Positions 1 to 10,669 are shown, counted from the stretch's first letter. The stretch: DNA of 64,000 nucleotides from Candidatus Latescibacterota bacterium (GCA_965243025.1 CBDETY010000003.1:384001-448000); one strand, 5' to 3'. Translations and numbers: made by a program. Notes: a model not told the origin generated them from the sequence alone.

Positions 1-1
1 G

Positions 2-1048
2 TTCAACGCCTACGCCCTGACCGGGGAGGCCAGGTACAGGGACTGGGTGCTGGAGTACGTCGACGCCTGGTGCGACCGCACCAGGGAGAACGGCGGCATC
101 ATCCCGTCGAACATCGGTCTCGACGGCACCATCGGCGGGGAATGCGGCGGCAAGTGGTACGGCGGCTGCTACGGCTGGGGGTTCACCGTTACCGTCCCTC
201 CGACATACGAGCCGAGCAACCGCAACTCCGTCTTCCGGAGCATCACCGGGTTCGGCAACGCCCTGCTGCTTACCGGGGACCAGCGCTACGTCGACGTCTG
301 GCGGGAGATGCTCGACAGGATCAAGTCGAACAAGAAAATCGTGGATGGGCGGGAGGTGTACCCGCACATGCACGGCGACGAAGGCTGGTACGCCTTCTCG
401 CCGCAGCCGTATTCGCACGGGGCCCTCGAGGTCTTCTACTGGTCCATGGACCCGGCCGACCTGTCGCGGCTCTCGACCACCTCCGGCTGGACCGGTTTTC
501 TGGAAGGGAACAACCCGGACTTTCCCCTCGCCGCCCTCGGCGAGGACTTCGAGACGCTGCGCCGCAGGATGGAGCACGTGCTCCAGGACCCCTCGACGCC
601 GGACACCCGGCTCTCCGACAACACCAACCCGTTCAATCCCGCCATCGTATCCAATCTCGTTCACTTGATGCTGGGCGGTCTGCCGACCGAACACAGCGGC
701 CCGCTGCACTGCCGGGTGCGCTACTTCGACCCGGTCCGCAGGCGGGCAGGCCTGCCCGAGGATGTCGGCGCCCTGGTGGAGAAGCTCGGGCCGGACTCGA
801 TGACGCTGCAGCTGGTCAATCTCGACCAGAGCGGGGAGCGCGCCCTCGTCGTGCAGGGAGGCGCCTACGGAGAGCACCGTTTCGTACGCGCCGCGGCCGG
901 AGAGAACGAAGTGGAGCTGGAAGGCTCCCATTTCCGGGTGCGGCTGGCTCCGGGAGCCGGAGCCCGCGTGGAGCTGGAGATGGAGCGTTACGCCAGGCCG
1001 CCCACCTTCGCCTTTCCATGGGATTACGCGACCGCGTCCCGCGGGTAG
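2..1048 (+). CDS. Conserved hypothetical protein, 5'-truncated by the window edge
   Basis: The frame is open from base 2 (FNAYALTGEARYRDWVLEYVDAW...) into ORF 47..1048. Globular, aromatic/Gly-rich protein; family not recognised. Confidence 0.8.
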   Translation, partial: FNAYALTGEARYRDWVLEYVDAWCDRTRENGGIIPSNIGLDGTIGGECGGKWYGGCYGWGFTVTVPPTYEPSNRNSVFRSITGFGNALLLTGDQRYVDVWREMLDRIKSNKKIVDGREVYPHMHGDEGWYAFSPQPYSHGALEVFYWSMDPADLSRLSTTSGWTGFLEGNNPDFPLAALGEDFETLRRRMEHVLQDPSTPDTRLSDNTNPFNPAIVSNLVHLMLGGLPTEHSGPLHCRVRYFDPVRRRAGLPEDVGALVEKLGPDSMTLQLVNLDQSGERALVVQGGAYGEHRFVRAAAGENEVELEGSHFRVRLAPGAGARVELEMERYARPPTFAFPWDYATASRG

Positions 1049-1232
1049 GATCTGCGCGGCCCTGGTGCCGTCGCCTGTGAATAGGGTGCGCAGCGACAGG
1101 GTGAATACATGAGGGAGGAATCTCAACGATGATGTGGTGGATCGAACCGCCCCTTTCCTCTCGACTGCAGCGGCGTCCGAACTCACGCGGACTGTCCGAG
1201 CGGGCACGGACTTCCCGGGGAAAGCACTGCCC

Positions 1233-3521
1233 ATGAGACCCAAGCGACTGCTGGCGGGGATGCGGCACCTCCTGGCGCTGGGAGCCGCCTTGCCGGGAGC
1301 CCTCTCCGCCGCGGCGGCATCCCAGCCCTTCACCATCGCCAGTCCCGAGGCAGGCGCTGCCCCTGTCGTCATCGCGCCGACGGCGTCCGACCTCACCCGG
1401 ACGAACGCCGGGGAGCTCGCCCGGATCATCGAGCGGATGTCCGGCCGTCTGCCAGTCATCGCGACGGACCTGCCGGCGGGACCCGCCATCGTGGCCGGCA
1501 CCGCGGTGGAGTTTCCTTACACGCCGCGTCTGCGGGAGCTGCAGGGCCGGAGCCCCGAGGCCTTCCTGTTGCACAGCGGGGCCGACCGCCTCCACATCGT
1601 CGGCAACAGCGACCTGGGCGTTCAGGTGGGGATCTTCACGCTGCTGCGGGAGTTGGGCTGCCGCTGGTTCTTCCCGCACGAGGCCTGGACGGTCGTCCCC
1701 GAGCGGGAGACGGTGCGGATCGAGCTCGACCGGACCGAAAGTCCGGACTTCGACTACCGGCGCATCTGGTACGGTTGGGGGGCGCGCACCGAAAAGCTCG
1801 CCGCGGACTATTCCGCCTGGAACCGGCACAACCGAATGCCCGGGTGGTTCGGTATCGCCTGCAGCCACGCCTGGGCCCAGTTCGCCCCCGGCAGCCTCCT
1901 CGAGGAGCACCCGGATTACTTCGCGCTGAGGGGCGGCGTCCGGCAGGGGCATCAGCCCTGCACCACCCATCCGGACGTGATCCGGCTGGCGACCGAGCAC
2001 GTGATCCGGACCTTCGAGGAGGAGCCGGAGCGCAACATGGCGCCCTTCGACCCGAACGACAACGGCGAGTTCTGCGAAGGGGACCGCTGCCTGGCGGTCG
2101 GCACCGTCAGCGACCGCGTCTTCCTGTTCGCGAACACGGTTGCCGAAGGGCTTGCCGCCCGCTTCCCGGGGAAATACCTGGGACTGTTGTCCTACGCCTG
2201 GCACACCGACCCGCCGGCCTTCCCTCTGCACCCGAACGTCTACGTGCAGCTCACCAGGGGGCTGCGCCGGACGCAGATGACCTGGGAGGAGCAGATCGCG
2301 GCATGGTCCGAGAAAGCCGGTGCCTTCGGCGTCTACGACTACTTCTCCCTGCACGAGTGGGACGGCAGCATGCCGGGCAAGGCCAAGGGCGGCAACGTCG
2401 AGTACCTGCGGGCGAACATTCCCCACTACCACCGGCTCGGGGCCACCACTCTCGACGGGCAGTCGGGCTGCAACTGGGGCCCCAACGGGCTCGGCTATTA
2501 CCTGACGGCACAGCTGACGTGGGATGTCGAGGCCGACGTCGACGCCATCGTCGAGGATTTCTACGCGACGGCATTCGCCGGGGCCGCGGCGCCGGTGCGG
2601 CGGTTCTACCAACGCTGGCAGGACAGCAACGAGATGAGCGAGAGAACGCTGGTGCTGGCGTACCGGGACCTGGATGCGGCGCGCAGGCTGGCCGAAGGTC
2701 CCGGCGTCGAGGGTCGCCTCGATCACCTGATGATGTACCTGCACTGGCTGCGTCTCAGGCACGAGTTCTACATGGCGCGCGATCCGGAGGTGATCCTGCC
2801 GCTCGGCCGGGAGCTGATCCGTTATTCGCGGAGGATCATGGACACCGGCCTCGTCCACTCACAGGCGATCGTCCTCGGCTGGGATTTCTACAAGAGGGTC
2901 CGCGGCGCCCACGGCTTCGAGAAGGTCACCGACCTGGAGGGGGTGACCGACGGGATGGTGGAAAGCTGGAAGACGGAGAGGACCGACATCCCCGCACACG
3001 CCGAGATCGTCCGGCTCTTCGAGGAGGGACTGAAGACCTACGGCAGCCGGGAAGTGTCGGAGGAGCTGCGGGTCGAGTGGTCGCGGGACCTCGTTCCGGT
3101 AGGGAGCCAGCGGTCAGAGCCGCTCCTGCAGCTGCTGGAAGGACGGGCGGAATCGCGGCTGTTTTTCGAGAAGGCCCTTTACTGCTTTGCCGCCGAGGCC
3201 GGACCGCTCTTCTTCTTCGTTCCACGGGACACCGAAATGTTCGTGCTGAGGGTTCACGCCTCCAGCAGCCACGAAAGCGACGTTCGCTTTTACGGACCGG
3301 ACGGCCAGCTCCTCTCCGAGCACCTCAGGCTGGTGACCGGATCGGACCTTTCCCTTCCGGTGGATGTCCCGGTGACGGTGCCGGCAGGAGCCGACCGGGG
3401 GATCTGGGCCTTCACCGTCAGCCGCAGTCCCCGCGCCTCCCTCCAGCTGCGCGGGGTTCCTCCCTATCTCGCGCGCCACCCGGACGAACTCCTCACGCCG
3501 AGGGAAGCGCTGTCCCGCTGA
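1233..3521 (+). CDS. DUF4838-like secreted glycoside hydrolase-like protein
   Basis: Signal peptide from ATG 1233 (MRPKRLLAGMRHLLALGAALPGALSAAAA). GH20/GH67-like N-domain (ELARIIERMSG...EAFLL...LGCRWFFP), then HPDYFAL..QPCTTHPDV and PNDNGEFCE motifs typical of DUF4838 proteins. Confidence 0.75.
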   Translation: MRPKRLLAGMRHLLALGAALPGALSAAAASQPFTIASPEAGAAPVVIAPTASDLTRTNAGELARIIERMSGRLPVIATDLPAGPAIVAGTAVEFPYTPRLRELQGRSPEAFLLHSGADRLHIVGNSDLGVQVGIFTLLRELGCRWFFPHEAWTVVPERETVRIELDRTESPDFDYRRIWYGWGARTEKLAADYSAWNRHNRMPGWFGIACSHAWAQFAPGSLLEEHPDYFALRGGVRQGHQPCTTHPDVIRLATEHVIRTFEEEPERNMAPFDPNDNGEFCEGDRCLAVGTVSDRVFLFANTVAEGLAARFPGKYLGLLSYAWHTDPPAFPLHPNVYVQLTRGLRRTQMTWEEQIAAWSEKAGAFGVYDYFSLHEWDGSMPGKAKGGNVEYLRANIPHYHRLGATTLDGQSGCNWGPNGLGYYLTAQLTWDVEADVDAIVEDFYATAFAGAAAPVRRFYQRWQDSNEMSERTLVLAYRDLDAARRLAEGPGVEGRLDHLMMYLHWLRLRHEFYMARDPEVILPLGRELIRYSRRIMDTGLVHSQAIVLGWDFYKRVRGAHGFEKVTDLEGVTDGMVESWKTERTDIPAHAEIVRLFEEGLKTYGSREVSEELRVEWSRDLVPVGSQRSEPLLQLLEGRAESRLFFEKALYCFAAEAGPLFFFVPRDTEMFVLRVHASSSHESDVRFYGPDGQLLSEHLRLVTGSDLSLPVDVPVTVPAGADRGIWAFTVSRSPRASLQLRGVPPYLARHPDELLTPREALSR

Positions 3522-3692
3522 CGCATCGGCAGCCGAGCGCTGTCACTGGCAACTGCCCCGGGGGCAACCCTCCCACACATCGGCCGTTACCGGATGCGGG
3601 GATGGGTCGGCGCTGGGGCGGATCGGAGGGAGCAGGACCACCGGTGTTCAAACCGGTCCGGTTCATCCGAGTCCCAGGCAGTGGTAAGGAGG

Positions 3693-4400
3693 TCAGGCGG
3701 TCACTGAGAAGAGCCGGTTGTTCGCCGCCAACCTGAGCACCTGCGAGAAGTGGTGGATCTCCTCGCCGCCGACTCGCGTCGGCACCTCGAGGACGAACTC
3801 GGCGAAGTGCGGGGCATTGAAGGCGACGAAGGCCAGCGAGATTCCGTCCGCATGGCACCCATGGCGCTGGCTCAGGTCGGGAAAGGCCACCGGGCCGGTG
3901 TCCACCTGGTAGGCGCTGCGCTCGCGGTTCGTGTTCATCGACTTGACCGGGTACTCGATGACGGCTCGAAGCCCGGTTTTGTCGTTCCAGATTTCCGTCT
4001 GCGCCACGAGCGGATCGCAGGCGCAGGTCGCGGCGCAGATCGTCTGGCCATCCTCGAGCTCGACCACCTCACCCCCTTCGACCAGGTGGTATCTCTGTCC
4101 CCCGAAGAAATCGGCCGATGGAACACGGCTCCTGTAGCCCTCGTGCGCATGCGCCAGGCGCCGGAAGACGATGGCGTCCCGCGGCCCGTAGATCGCCATG
4201 AAATCGTAGTTGGGCTCCTTGAACAGATTCCGTTCGACGAAGACGTCCTCGCTCTTGCACGAGCCGGTCTGGATGTAATCCGCGCTTGCGCCGGTGCGTT
4301 CGTCCGTGATCCGCGTGCGGGATTCCACCCACATGCGCACTTCGTTTTCCGGTCCGTTTCCGAGCACGAACGAACGGCCGTAGTCGAGTGGCCTCATCAC
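3693..4400 (-). CDS. Hypothetical protein (235 aa)
   Basis: Protein-like ORF with AGGAG RBS upstream on the minus strand; no recognised family. Confidence 0.75.
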   Translation of the reverse strand: MMRPLDYGRSFVLGNGPENEVRMWVESRTRITDERTGASADYIQTGSCKSEDVFVERNLFKEPNYDFMAIYGPRDAIVFRRLAHAHEGYRSRVPSADFFGGQRYHLVEGGEVVELEDGQTICAATCACDPLVAQTEIWNDKTGLRAVIEYPVKSMNTNRERSAYQVDTGPVAFPDLSQRHGCHADGISLAFVAFNAPHFAEFVLEVPTRVGGEEIHHFSQVLRLAANNRLFSVTA

Positions 4401-4585
4401 AACTCCTCATGGGATCGAATCGCTGAAGCGGGATGACAACACGAACCCCCGCCCGCCGCCCGAGAATGCCGGCGATCTACCGCTTGATTCTCACGCGCAT
4501 ATATTCGCACGATCCATCACTCCCCCGGGAGGCGATCGAGCCTCGACCTGAGATTCACTCCTTCACCCCTGGAGGCATCGGAACA

Positions 4586-5419
4586 ATGACCTCTGAAACG
4601 AGCTTTGCCGACGCGCAGCACGACCGGTTCACGGAGAAGGGTTTTCTGCGTTTGGGCAAGGTTTTGCCGGCGGACCAGTTCATGGCATTGCAGCGACGCA
4701 TGGACGACATCATGATGGGCCGCATCGAATACGAAAACATGCGCTTCCAGTTCTACGACAGCAGCACGGGCAAACTGCGCCGGACCAGGGGCAACACGGA
4801 GCGCGCCCTGTCCTACCGGCGCATCGACGACCTGGAGCAGGATCCCGTCTTCCTCGCGTACATACAACATCCGCTCTACCGCCAGATCACGCGGCGCTAC
4901 ATCGGTGAGGAAGTCTCGGTCTTTCGCTCCATGTTCATGAACAAACCAGCCGGACACGGCACGGTCGAGCACGGTACCGAAATCAAATGGCACCAGGATG
5001 TGGGCACAGGTTTCGGTATCGACACCGAGCCCTTCGTCACCGTCTGGACCGCCCTCGACGATGCCACCGTGGCCAACGGCTGTATGCAGATTGTCCCCGG
5101 CAGCCACAAGCACGGCGTCATCAACCGGAATCACTTCCCCTCGCCGGAGGAACAGACGCAATACATCGCTGAGGGGAACGTCGTCGATCTGGAAGCCGAG
5201 GCCGGGGAGGCCATCCTGCTGCACAATCTGCTGCTCCACCGCTCAGGTGTGAACCCTTCCACGGAGCGCCGCCGCGCTTTCTCCGTGATGTACGTGGACG
5301 CGGCGACGCGCACGCTGGATTCGGGCATGAGCTTTCCGGTCATCTTCGGCGAGAACGCGCTCGACCCCGAAACAGTGCCTGCAAAAGCGGCCGACCAGAT
5401 CGAGGTGTTCTACGGATGA
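4586..5419 (+). CDS. Phytanoyl-CoA dioxygenase (PhyH) family Fe(II)/2OG oxygenase
   Basis: WHQD...VTVWTALDDATVANGCMQIVPGSHK...LLHRSG..RR motifs; GGAGG RBS before ATG 4586. Confidence 0.9.
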   Translation: MTSETSFADAQHDRFTEKGFLRLGKVLPADQFMALQRRMDDIMMGRIEYENMRFQFYDSSTGKLRRTRGNTERALSYRRIDDLEQDPVFLAYIQHPLYRQITRRYIGEEVSVFRSMFMNKPAGHGTVEHGTEIKWHQDVGTGFGIDTEPFVTVWTALDDATVANGCMQIVPGSHKHGVINRNHFPSPEEQTQYIAEGNVVDLEAEAGEAILLHNLLLHRSGVNPSTERRRAFSVMYVDAATRTLDSGMSFPVIFGENALDPETVPAKAADQIEVFYG

Positions 5420-5430
5420 CCCAGTGCTGG

Positions 5431-5454
5431 CTGTACCTCGTCGGCGAGGTGCAG
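5431..5454. terminator. Stem-loop between convergent genes
   Basis: ctgtacctcg-tcgg-cgaggtgcag, a 10-bp stem with one G-T pair; no U-tract. Confidence 0.4.
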
Positions 5455-5503
5455 TCGCCGCCAGCAGTCGTGGCCGAGAGGAGGGGGGCGGCGATCCTGG
5501 ATC

Positions 5504-6826
5504 TCAATACCCGGTCCGGCGCTGCCACCGCGGCCAACTGACGGAATCGCGGTCGATCTCCGTCTCGAAGGGGATTTCGTACAGATGCACGGCGTACCCT
5601 GAGAATGAATCCTCGAACGCCCCTGCCTCGACGTCGACCAGCCGGTTTTCGAAGCGCACGGCGGCGCGCGGCGCCAGTCCGGGGTCCGCCGCCGGCAGCG
5701 TGAAGCGGGCCCTGACCTGCTCGTCGCGGCCGTTGACGGCGATCAGGAAGTAACCGCCGGAGGTTTGCCGCAGGGACAGGTGCAGGGCCCCGTACCCCAA
5801 TTCCTCGGCATGCATGTCGGTCTTGATCGCGTCGACGCCGGCGGGGCCCTCGATGATTTCCACCCCGAGCGGCTCACTCACCTCCGGCGTCAGCAGGAAG
5901 GGGGCGAGGGTGCGCAGCTCCGCGGTCAGGTCCGCCCACTGGGCCCAGTACCCGGGCGACGATTCGTTCACCCACCACTCCTCGTCCCCGGCCCCGTAGT
6001 GGAAGCTGAAGTAGACGACGCCGCTGATGCCGCGGGCGACGGCCATGTAGGTCATGCAGCGGACCTCCGTCATGGTCGGGGGCCGGTCTCCTTCGCCTCC
6101 CTGGAGCGGCGCCATCTGCACGTACATCCATCCCAGCTTGCCTTCCCGGCCGGCGCCGGCGCCGTTGACGACGGCGTCGGAGAACTGTGCCATGTGGGTC
6201 AGCGGAAACAGCGGGACGGGGTAGACGTCGTCGGAGTGGATGTCGGCGACGTGGCGGTACTCGCGGTGATCCCTCTCGTAGCCGTAGGCCAGGTTGAGCC
6301 ACACCGGATGGTCGGGATCCAGGCGTTTTATCAACTCGTATGCCGGCAGAAGCTCTTCCGGCGGCATGGTGTAGGGCAGGTCGAGGTGGGGTTTGCCCTC
6401 GTCTCCGGGTCCGGGCTTGCGGATGTTGGGCTCGTCCTCGAGATCGTAGACCAGCAGCCCGGGGGCATCGCGGACGGCGCGAACGATCCGTTCGACCTGA
6501 TCGAGGTTGCGGCAGATGCCGTTGCCCAGGTGAACCGCCGCGTACATGCCGTTGGCGTAGGCGTCGTCGACGTCGGCGCGGAAGCTTTCCGGGTCGTCCC
6601 GGTAGCCGTGGGTGTTGACCATGTTGAAGCCCTTCCCGCCTGCCTCGGGCAGGGAGAAATGCCAGTGCGCGGCCCAGGCGATGCCGACCGGGAAGAAAGG
6701 GGCTCCGTTCACGTAGAGCCCTTCATCGCGGATTTCCACCCGCTCGACCGGTGGGGGCGGCTTTCCCCAAACCGACAGAACGCTCAAGGCCACGACAACC
6801 CCCACTCGTATGAGCACCATATCCAC
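5504..6826 (-). CDS. Secreted glycoside hydrolase-like (TIM-barrel) protein
   Basis: Signal peptide; LYVNGAPFFPVG, GFNMV, YDLEDEP, IKRLDPDHPVWLN and DVYP motifs as in GH-A-clan-like proteins. The start may be ATG 6820. Confidence 0.65.
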   Translation of the reverse strand: MDMVLIRVGVVVALSVLSVWGKPPPPVERVEIRDEGLYVNGAPFFPVGIAWAAHWHFSLPEAGGKGFNMVNTHGYRDDPESFRADVDDAYANGMYAAVHLGNGICRNLDQVERIVRAVRDAPGLLVYDLEDEPNIRKPGPGDEGKPHLDLPYTMPPEELLPAYELIKRLDPDHPVWLNLAYGYERDHREYRHVADIHSDDVYPVPLFPLTHMAQFSDAVVNGAGAGREGKLGWMYVQMAPLQGGEGDRPPTMTEVRCMTYMAVARGISGVVYFSFHYGAGDEEWWVNESSPGYWAQWADLTAELRTLAPFLLTPEVSEPLGVEIIEGPAGVDAIKTDMHAEELGYGALHLSLRQTSGGYFLIAVNGRDEQVRARFTLPAADPGLAPRAAVRFENRLVDVEAGAFEDSFSGYAVHLYEIPFETEIDRDSVSWPRWQRRTGY

Positions 6827-7026
6827 GACCTCCTGCTCCCGGATTGCGAGAGCTGCTGACAGGCGATTCCGGATTGTCTGACTGTCTCCCGGCAGGCGAT
6901 ATCCCTCGCGGGTTCCCTTTCGCCGGATCCAGCCTGCCGGTGGCTGAGTTTTGCGGCAGGGTCAGGTTTCATGCGGCGATATCGACATGCCTTGGCGGTT
7001 TGGGACCTATTCTCGCCGATACCTGC

Positions 7027-8673
7027 TCACGCCTGCGGTATCACGAAGACTTCCACTTCCTCGATGACGATGTCTGCATCCGCCTCCGGGTCGGATACGG
7101 CGAGCTCGACCTCCAGCTCGTTCCAGCCCCAGACCGCCGGGGGAGCGCTCAGCGCCAGCCAGCAGGTCGCGAACGGAGGATCGGGGGCGGGAAAAAAGCT
7201 CTCGGCCACTTCCCGCGAATACCCCTGACGCATATATGCCGCGACCATTTCTTCTTCGGGTGGCTCGCGGTAATCGACGCGCACCTCGTTGTCGCGAACC
7301 CGCAGGTCGGCCGGGGGAATCGCGGTGCCGTTGACGGCCACCTTCAGGCGGTCGCGCAGCGTCATGTGGAAGGCGCGGAAGAGCAGCATGGCGGCCTTGG
7401 CCTCCTGCAGATGCTCGCGAACGGCAAAGCGGTAGACCCCTGCCGATGCACCCGGACCCCGGTGGAGGACGACTCGCTGCGCCTTGACGGCACCCGTCGA
7501 GGTGCGGTCGAGCCCGAATCCCCTGTACCCTCCCCAGGTGGCGTCGAATATGTAGTGCCGCCGGCCCTGGAGGACCCGCTCCGGTTTCAGGTCGCAGGCG
7601 TCGAACAGCGCAAAAGGATAGAACGGCGCGTGCGCGTTACCCCAGTCGTTCCCTCCGTGCATGTACTCGAAGTGGTTGTACAGGGAGATGCCGTCGGCCC
7701 CGGCGCCGTACATGTTCCTGGCGAGGGCGCGCCGGGAATCCTGGGAGATCGGCTCCTGCTTGAGACGGCGGCGGGCCCCGACGCTGGTCCAGGGCATCAT
7801 GCCAGGGTAGAGCATGCAGCCGGATGACCGGGTGAGCCCGGCGAACTCCTCGTAGGCGACGTTGAAATCGGCGTGCATGGTGTCGGCCGGCGCGATGTAG
7901 TCGACCGTTCCTTCCCGGACCCACCTCTCGACGTCGAGACCCATGTTCCGGCATTCCTCCAGCGAGGAAAACACGCGCGCTCCAAACACCCGCGGCTTGC
8001 GCGAGTGCGGCGAGGGTTCGTCGAGGACCGAGCGGATCCGCTCCAGCATGCCCGTCATCAGGCCGCGGCGGTCGTTCCCGGTGTCCGGGGGAAAGTAGCG
8101 GTGGTCGCGGTAGCACAGCTCCACGCCGTCGACGGCGAAGCGCTTCGCCACTTCGGTCACCACCGAGACGATGAAGTCCCGCACCTCGTCATGGGTGAAG
8201 TCCAGGGGCTGGCTCTCCCGGTAATGCTCGCCCTCCCGCGGAGACTCGGCGATCAGGAACCGGGGGTTGTCGACGATGAAGCCTGCCCCGGCCCCGACCC
8301 CCTGGGCCGTCGAGACGGCGCCGTGGTTGTCGTTGACGCGAAAACCGGCGAAGCACTCGATGCCGCGGCGGTGGCATTGATCGACGAGGACTTCGAAGGG
8401 CTGCACTCCGGAATCGAGCAGGGGCAGGAAGCGCCGGTGCTGGGGCCGCGCGTCGTACTCGAAGCCGCCTCCGCGCCAGTACACGGACCATCCCTGGGTG
8501 TATACCTCCTGGATGAAGGTATCGATTTCGGCGGCGGCGACGGCGTCGATCCAGCCCCTCAGATCCTCTTCGCGAACCGGGTCCGGAAGGTACCGGGAAG
8601 CGACGCTGGAAGGGTCGCTGACGTACAGGATGCGGCGGTCGCCGCGAGGGTTCAAACCATTGGAACCTGTCAT
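7027..8673 (-). CDS. Glycosyl hydrolase-like 10 (GHL10/DUF187-like) protein
   Basis: CHRRGIECFAGFRVND.H, LDFTHDEVRD, DGVELCY and GADGISLYN motifs. Confidence 0.7.
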   Translation of the reverse strand: MTGSNGLNPRGDRRILYVSDPSSVASRYLPDPVREEDLRGWIDAVAAAEIDTFIQEVYTQGWSVYWRGGGFEYDARPQHRRFLPLLDSGVQPFEVLVDQCHRRGIECFAGFRVNDNHGAVSTAQGVGAGAGFIVDNPRFLIAESPREGEHYRESQPLDFTHDEVRDFIVSVVTEVAKRFAVDGVELCYRDHRYFPPDTGNDRRGLMTGMLERIRSVLDEPSPHSRKPRVFGARVFSSLEECRNMGLDVERWVREGTVDYIAPADTMHADFNVAYEEFAGLTRSSGCMLYPGMMPWTSVGARRRLKQEPISQDSRRALARNMYGAGADGISLYNHFEYMHGGNDWGNAHAPFYPFALFDACDLKPERVLQGRRHYIFDATWGGYRGFGLDRTSTGAVKAQRVVLHRGPGASAGVYRFAVREHLQEAKAAMLLFRAFHMTLRDRLKVAVNGTAIPPADLRVRDNEVRVDYREPPEEEMVAAYMRQGYSREVAESFFPAPDPPFATCWLALSAPPAVWGWNELEVELAVSDPEADADIVIEEVEVFVIPQA

Positions 8674-8719
8674 TCTTCAAATCTCCTCGGGCGGCGAATC
8701 ATCCGGTTTGCCAAAGCTG

Positions 8720-10669
8720 TCAAAACGTCATCACCGGGTTGAAGCTTCCCCCCGCCAGGTAGTCAATGCCGTACCAGACCCCCGCGGTGACGAACTGGCC
8801 GAGAATCAGCCCCATGAAGAACGGGCGGCTGCGCAGGTAGAGCTGGATGCCGCCGTATTTCATCACCACGGACTTGATGGCCCAGGCCAGGAAGACGCTG
8901 AAGAACATCATGCCGAAAACGGCGCTGGTGGGAAAGCCCAGCGGGTGGATGGGCCACCACGAAAAGCGCTGGCGGCCCAGCATCAGCAGGCCCATTACAG
9001 CGGCGCCGGCGGCGGTGTAGCCCCAGTTCTGCCAGTGGGGACCTTCGATGGTCTCGAGCCGGGCGGCGGCGATTTCGTAGGGGAGCCGGGCCGACCCCAG
9101 GAAAAACACGTCGGCGTTGACGCCGCCGTAGCGGTAGCTCAGCTCGAGCATCGACCAGACCGAGCTGCACAGGGTGATTGCGATCGCCGCAAGCATTGCC
9201 CAGAAGATCAGGCGCATGCCCCTGCGTATGGTTTCGGCGGCGATTTTCAGGGCATTGGCGGAGGAGGCCATGACGAAGGTCAGGATATCGCTGGCCCACA
9301 CGTAGGTAAAGGCGAAAGCCATGATGCCGGAAGCACCCAGGACGCGGGTGCCGAAGCCGGCGGTGACGAAGTCCGAGGCGATCATCGGGGCGAAGATGAA
9401 GGCCAGACCCCCTTCGGCGACCACGCGGGTGATCCCGATGAAGAGAACGAAGGCGAAGAACAGGTAGACGGGGGTGACCCAGCCCGGCAGCCCCGACTGC
9501 CACAGCCAGACGCCGACGAAGAGCAGGCTGCCGGTCAGCAGGAGCACGGCTGCCCGGTAGGAGAGGATCTCGTCCGAGTCGTCGACCTCGCTGGCAGAAG
9601 AAAGGGCCTTGCGGAAAACCTGGCGCAGGTGGCCGCGGGCCGTCCACAGGCCGAACAGGACGAGCATGATGACGGCGCCGAAGCCCTGGTGCACGACGAT
9701 GGAGCCGGTGTAGGCGCTGTAGTTGCCCAGGAGCGGATCGAATTCCTGGACGCCGAGCACGTTGAGGATGCCCTGCTCGACGGTGTTGAGCAGGTAGAAG
9801 AAACAGAGGCCGAAGGCGATCTCCCTGTTGATGAAGTAGGAGAAGCCGAGCATCTGGAAGCTCACGTTCAGGGGAACGTGGACAGAATCGCGGAAGAGGG
9901 GAACCGCGGCGCCGTACAGGGAGACTCCCGGTATATGGGGGAAGTAGTGGTTCAGACCGTTGAGGCTCTGCAGGACGGCGGGGACGGCGAAGCCCGCCCA
10001 CATGACCGGATTCCTGAAGAAAGGACCGATGATGCCTGGCCGCTCGTCGCTGTCCTGAATCATGGCGATGGGCAGCTGCACCAGCGGGAAGACGAGGCGT
10101 TCGCGCTCGACCCACTGCTTTCGCAGGATGACGGTGATCGAGATCATGGCCAGGTACACGGCGGTGATGAAGGAGAGCCAGTAAAGCAGGGGCGGCAGCC
10201 ACATCGCCCACGGTATGCCGCGGCCGAGGGGAGCGCCTTCGTAGAAGTCCTTTACATCCGCGAATTCCCTGAAGGGGATGATCCAGTCGGGGATGTGCGG
10301 CAGCAGAAGCTTGCTCCACTCGTTTTCCGGCGAGGCGTAGTAGACGACGCCGGTGATGTCGGGGAGCAGGAAGGAGGTGAATCCCCACTCGGGAATGGCG
10401 GTGGCGACGATCCACATGATGTAGACGAGGGCAAGCTCGGCCCGGCTCAGCATCCAGGAGCGGCGCAGCAGGCCGAGGAAGGAGTTGAAGAACAGGACCA
10501 GGAAGAAGAAGAGGATGATGGCGGCGGGGGTGTTGAAGTAGGAGGCGATGCGGGAGCCGTGCAGCACCATGTTGCAATACGGCACCCCGCTGCCGATGGC
10601 GGCAGACCCGAGAGCGCCGATGAGGAACGCGCGAACGGTAGGTCGGAGGGAGGGCGGGTTCGAGTTCAG
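8720..10669 (-). CDS. DUF6785/DUF6784-like polytopic membrane protein (putative transporter)
   Basis: Many TM segments; RKQWVERERLVFPLVQLP, WWPIHPLG and KYGG...RPFFMGLILG motifs. The frame extends 28 codons upstream of GTG 10585 to a CTG at 10669 preceded by GGAGG. Confidence 0.8.
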   Translation of the reverse strand: MNSNPPSLRPTVRAFLIGALGSAAIGSGVPYCNMVLHGSRIASYFNTPAAIILFFFLVLFFNSFLGLLRRSWMLSRAELALVYIMWIVATAIPEWGFTSFLLPDITGVVYYASPENEWSKLLLPHIPDWIIPFREFADVKDFYEGAPLGRGIPWAMWLPPLLYWLSFITAVYLAMISITVILRKQWVERERLVFPLVQLPIAMIQDSDERPGIIGPFFRNPVMWAGFAVPAVLQSLNGLNHYFPHIPGVSLYGAAVPLFRDSVHVPLNVSFQMLGFSYFINREIAFGLCFFYLLNTVEQGILNVLGVQEFDPLLGNYSAYTGSIVVHQGFGAVIMLVLFGLWTARGHLRQVFRKALSSASEVDDSDEILSYRAAVLLLTGSLLFVGVWLWQSGLPGWVTPVYLFFAFVLFIGITRVVAEGGLAFIFAPMIASDFVTAGFGTRVLGASGIMAFAFTYVWASDILTFVMASSANALKIAAETIRRGMRLIFWAMLAAIAITLCSSVWSMLELSYRYGGVNADVFFLGSARLPYEIAAARLETIEGPHWQNWGYTAAGAAVMGLLMLGRQRFSWWPIHPLGFPTSAVFGMMFFSVFLAWAIKSVVMKYGGIQLYLRSRPFFMGLILGQFVTAGVWYGIDYLAGGSFNPVMTF

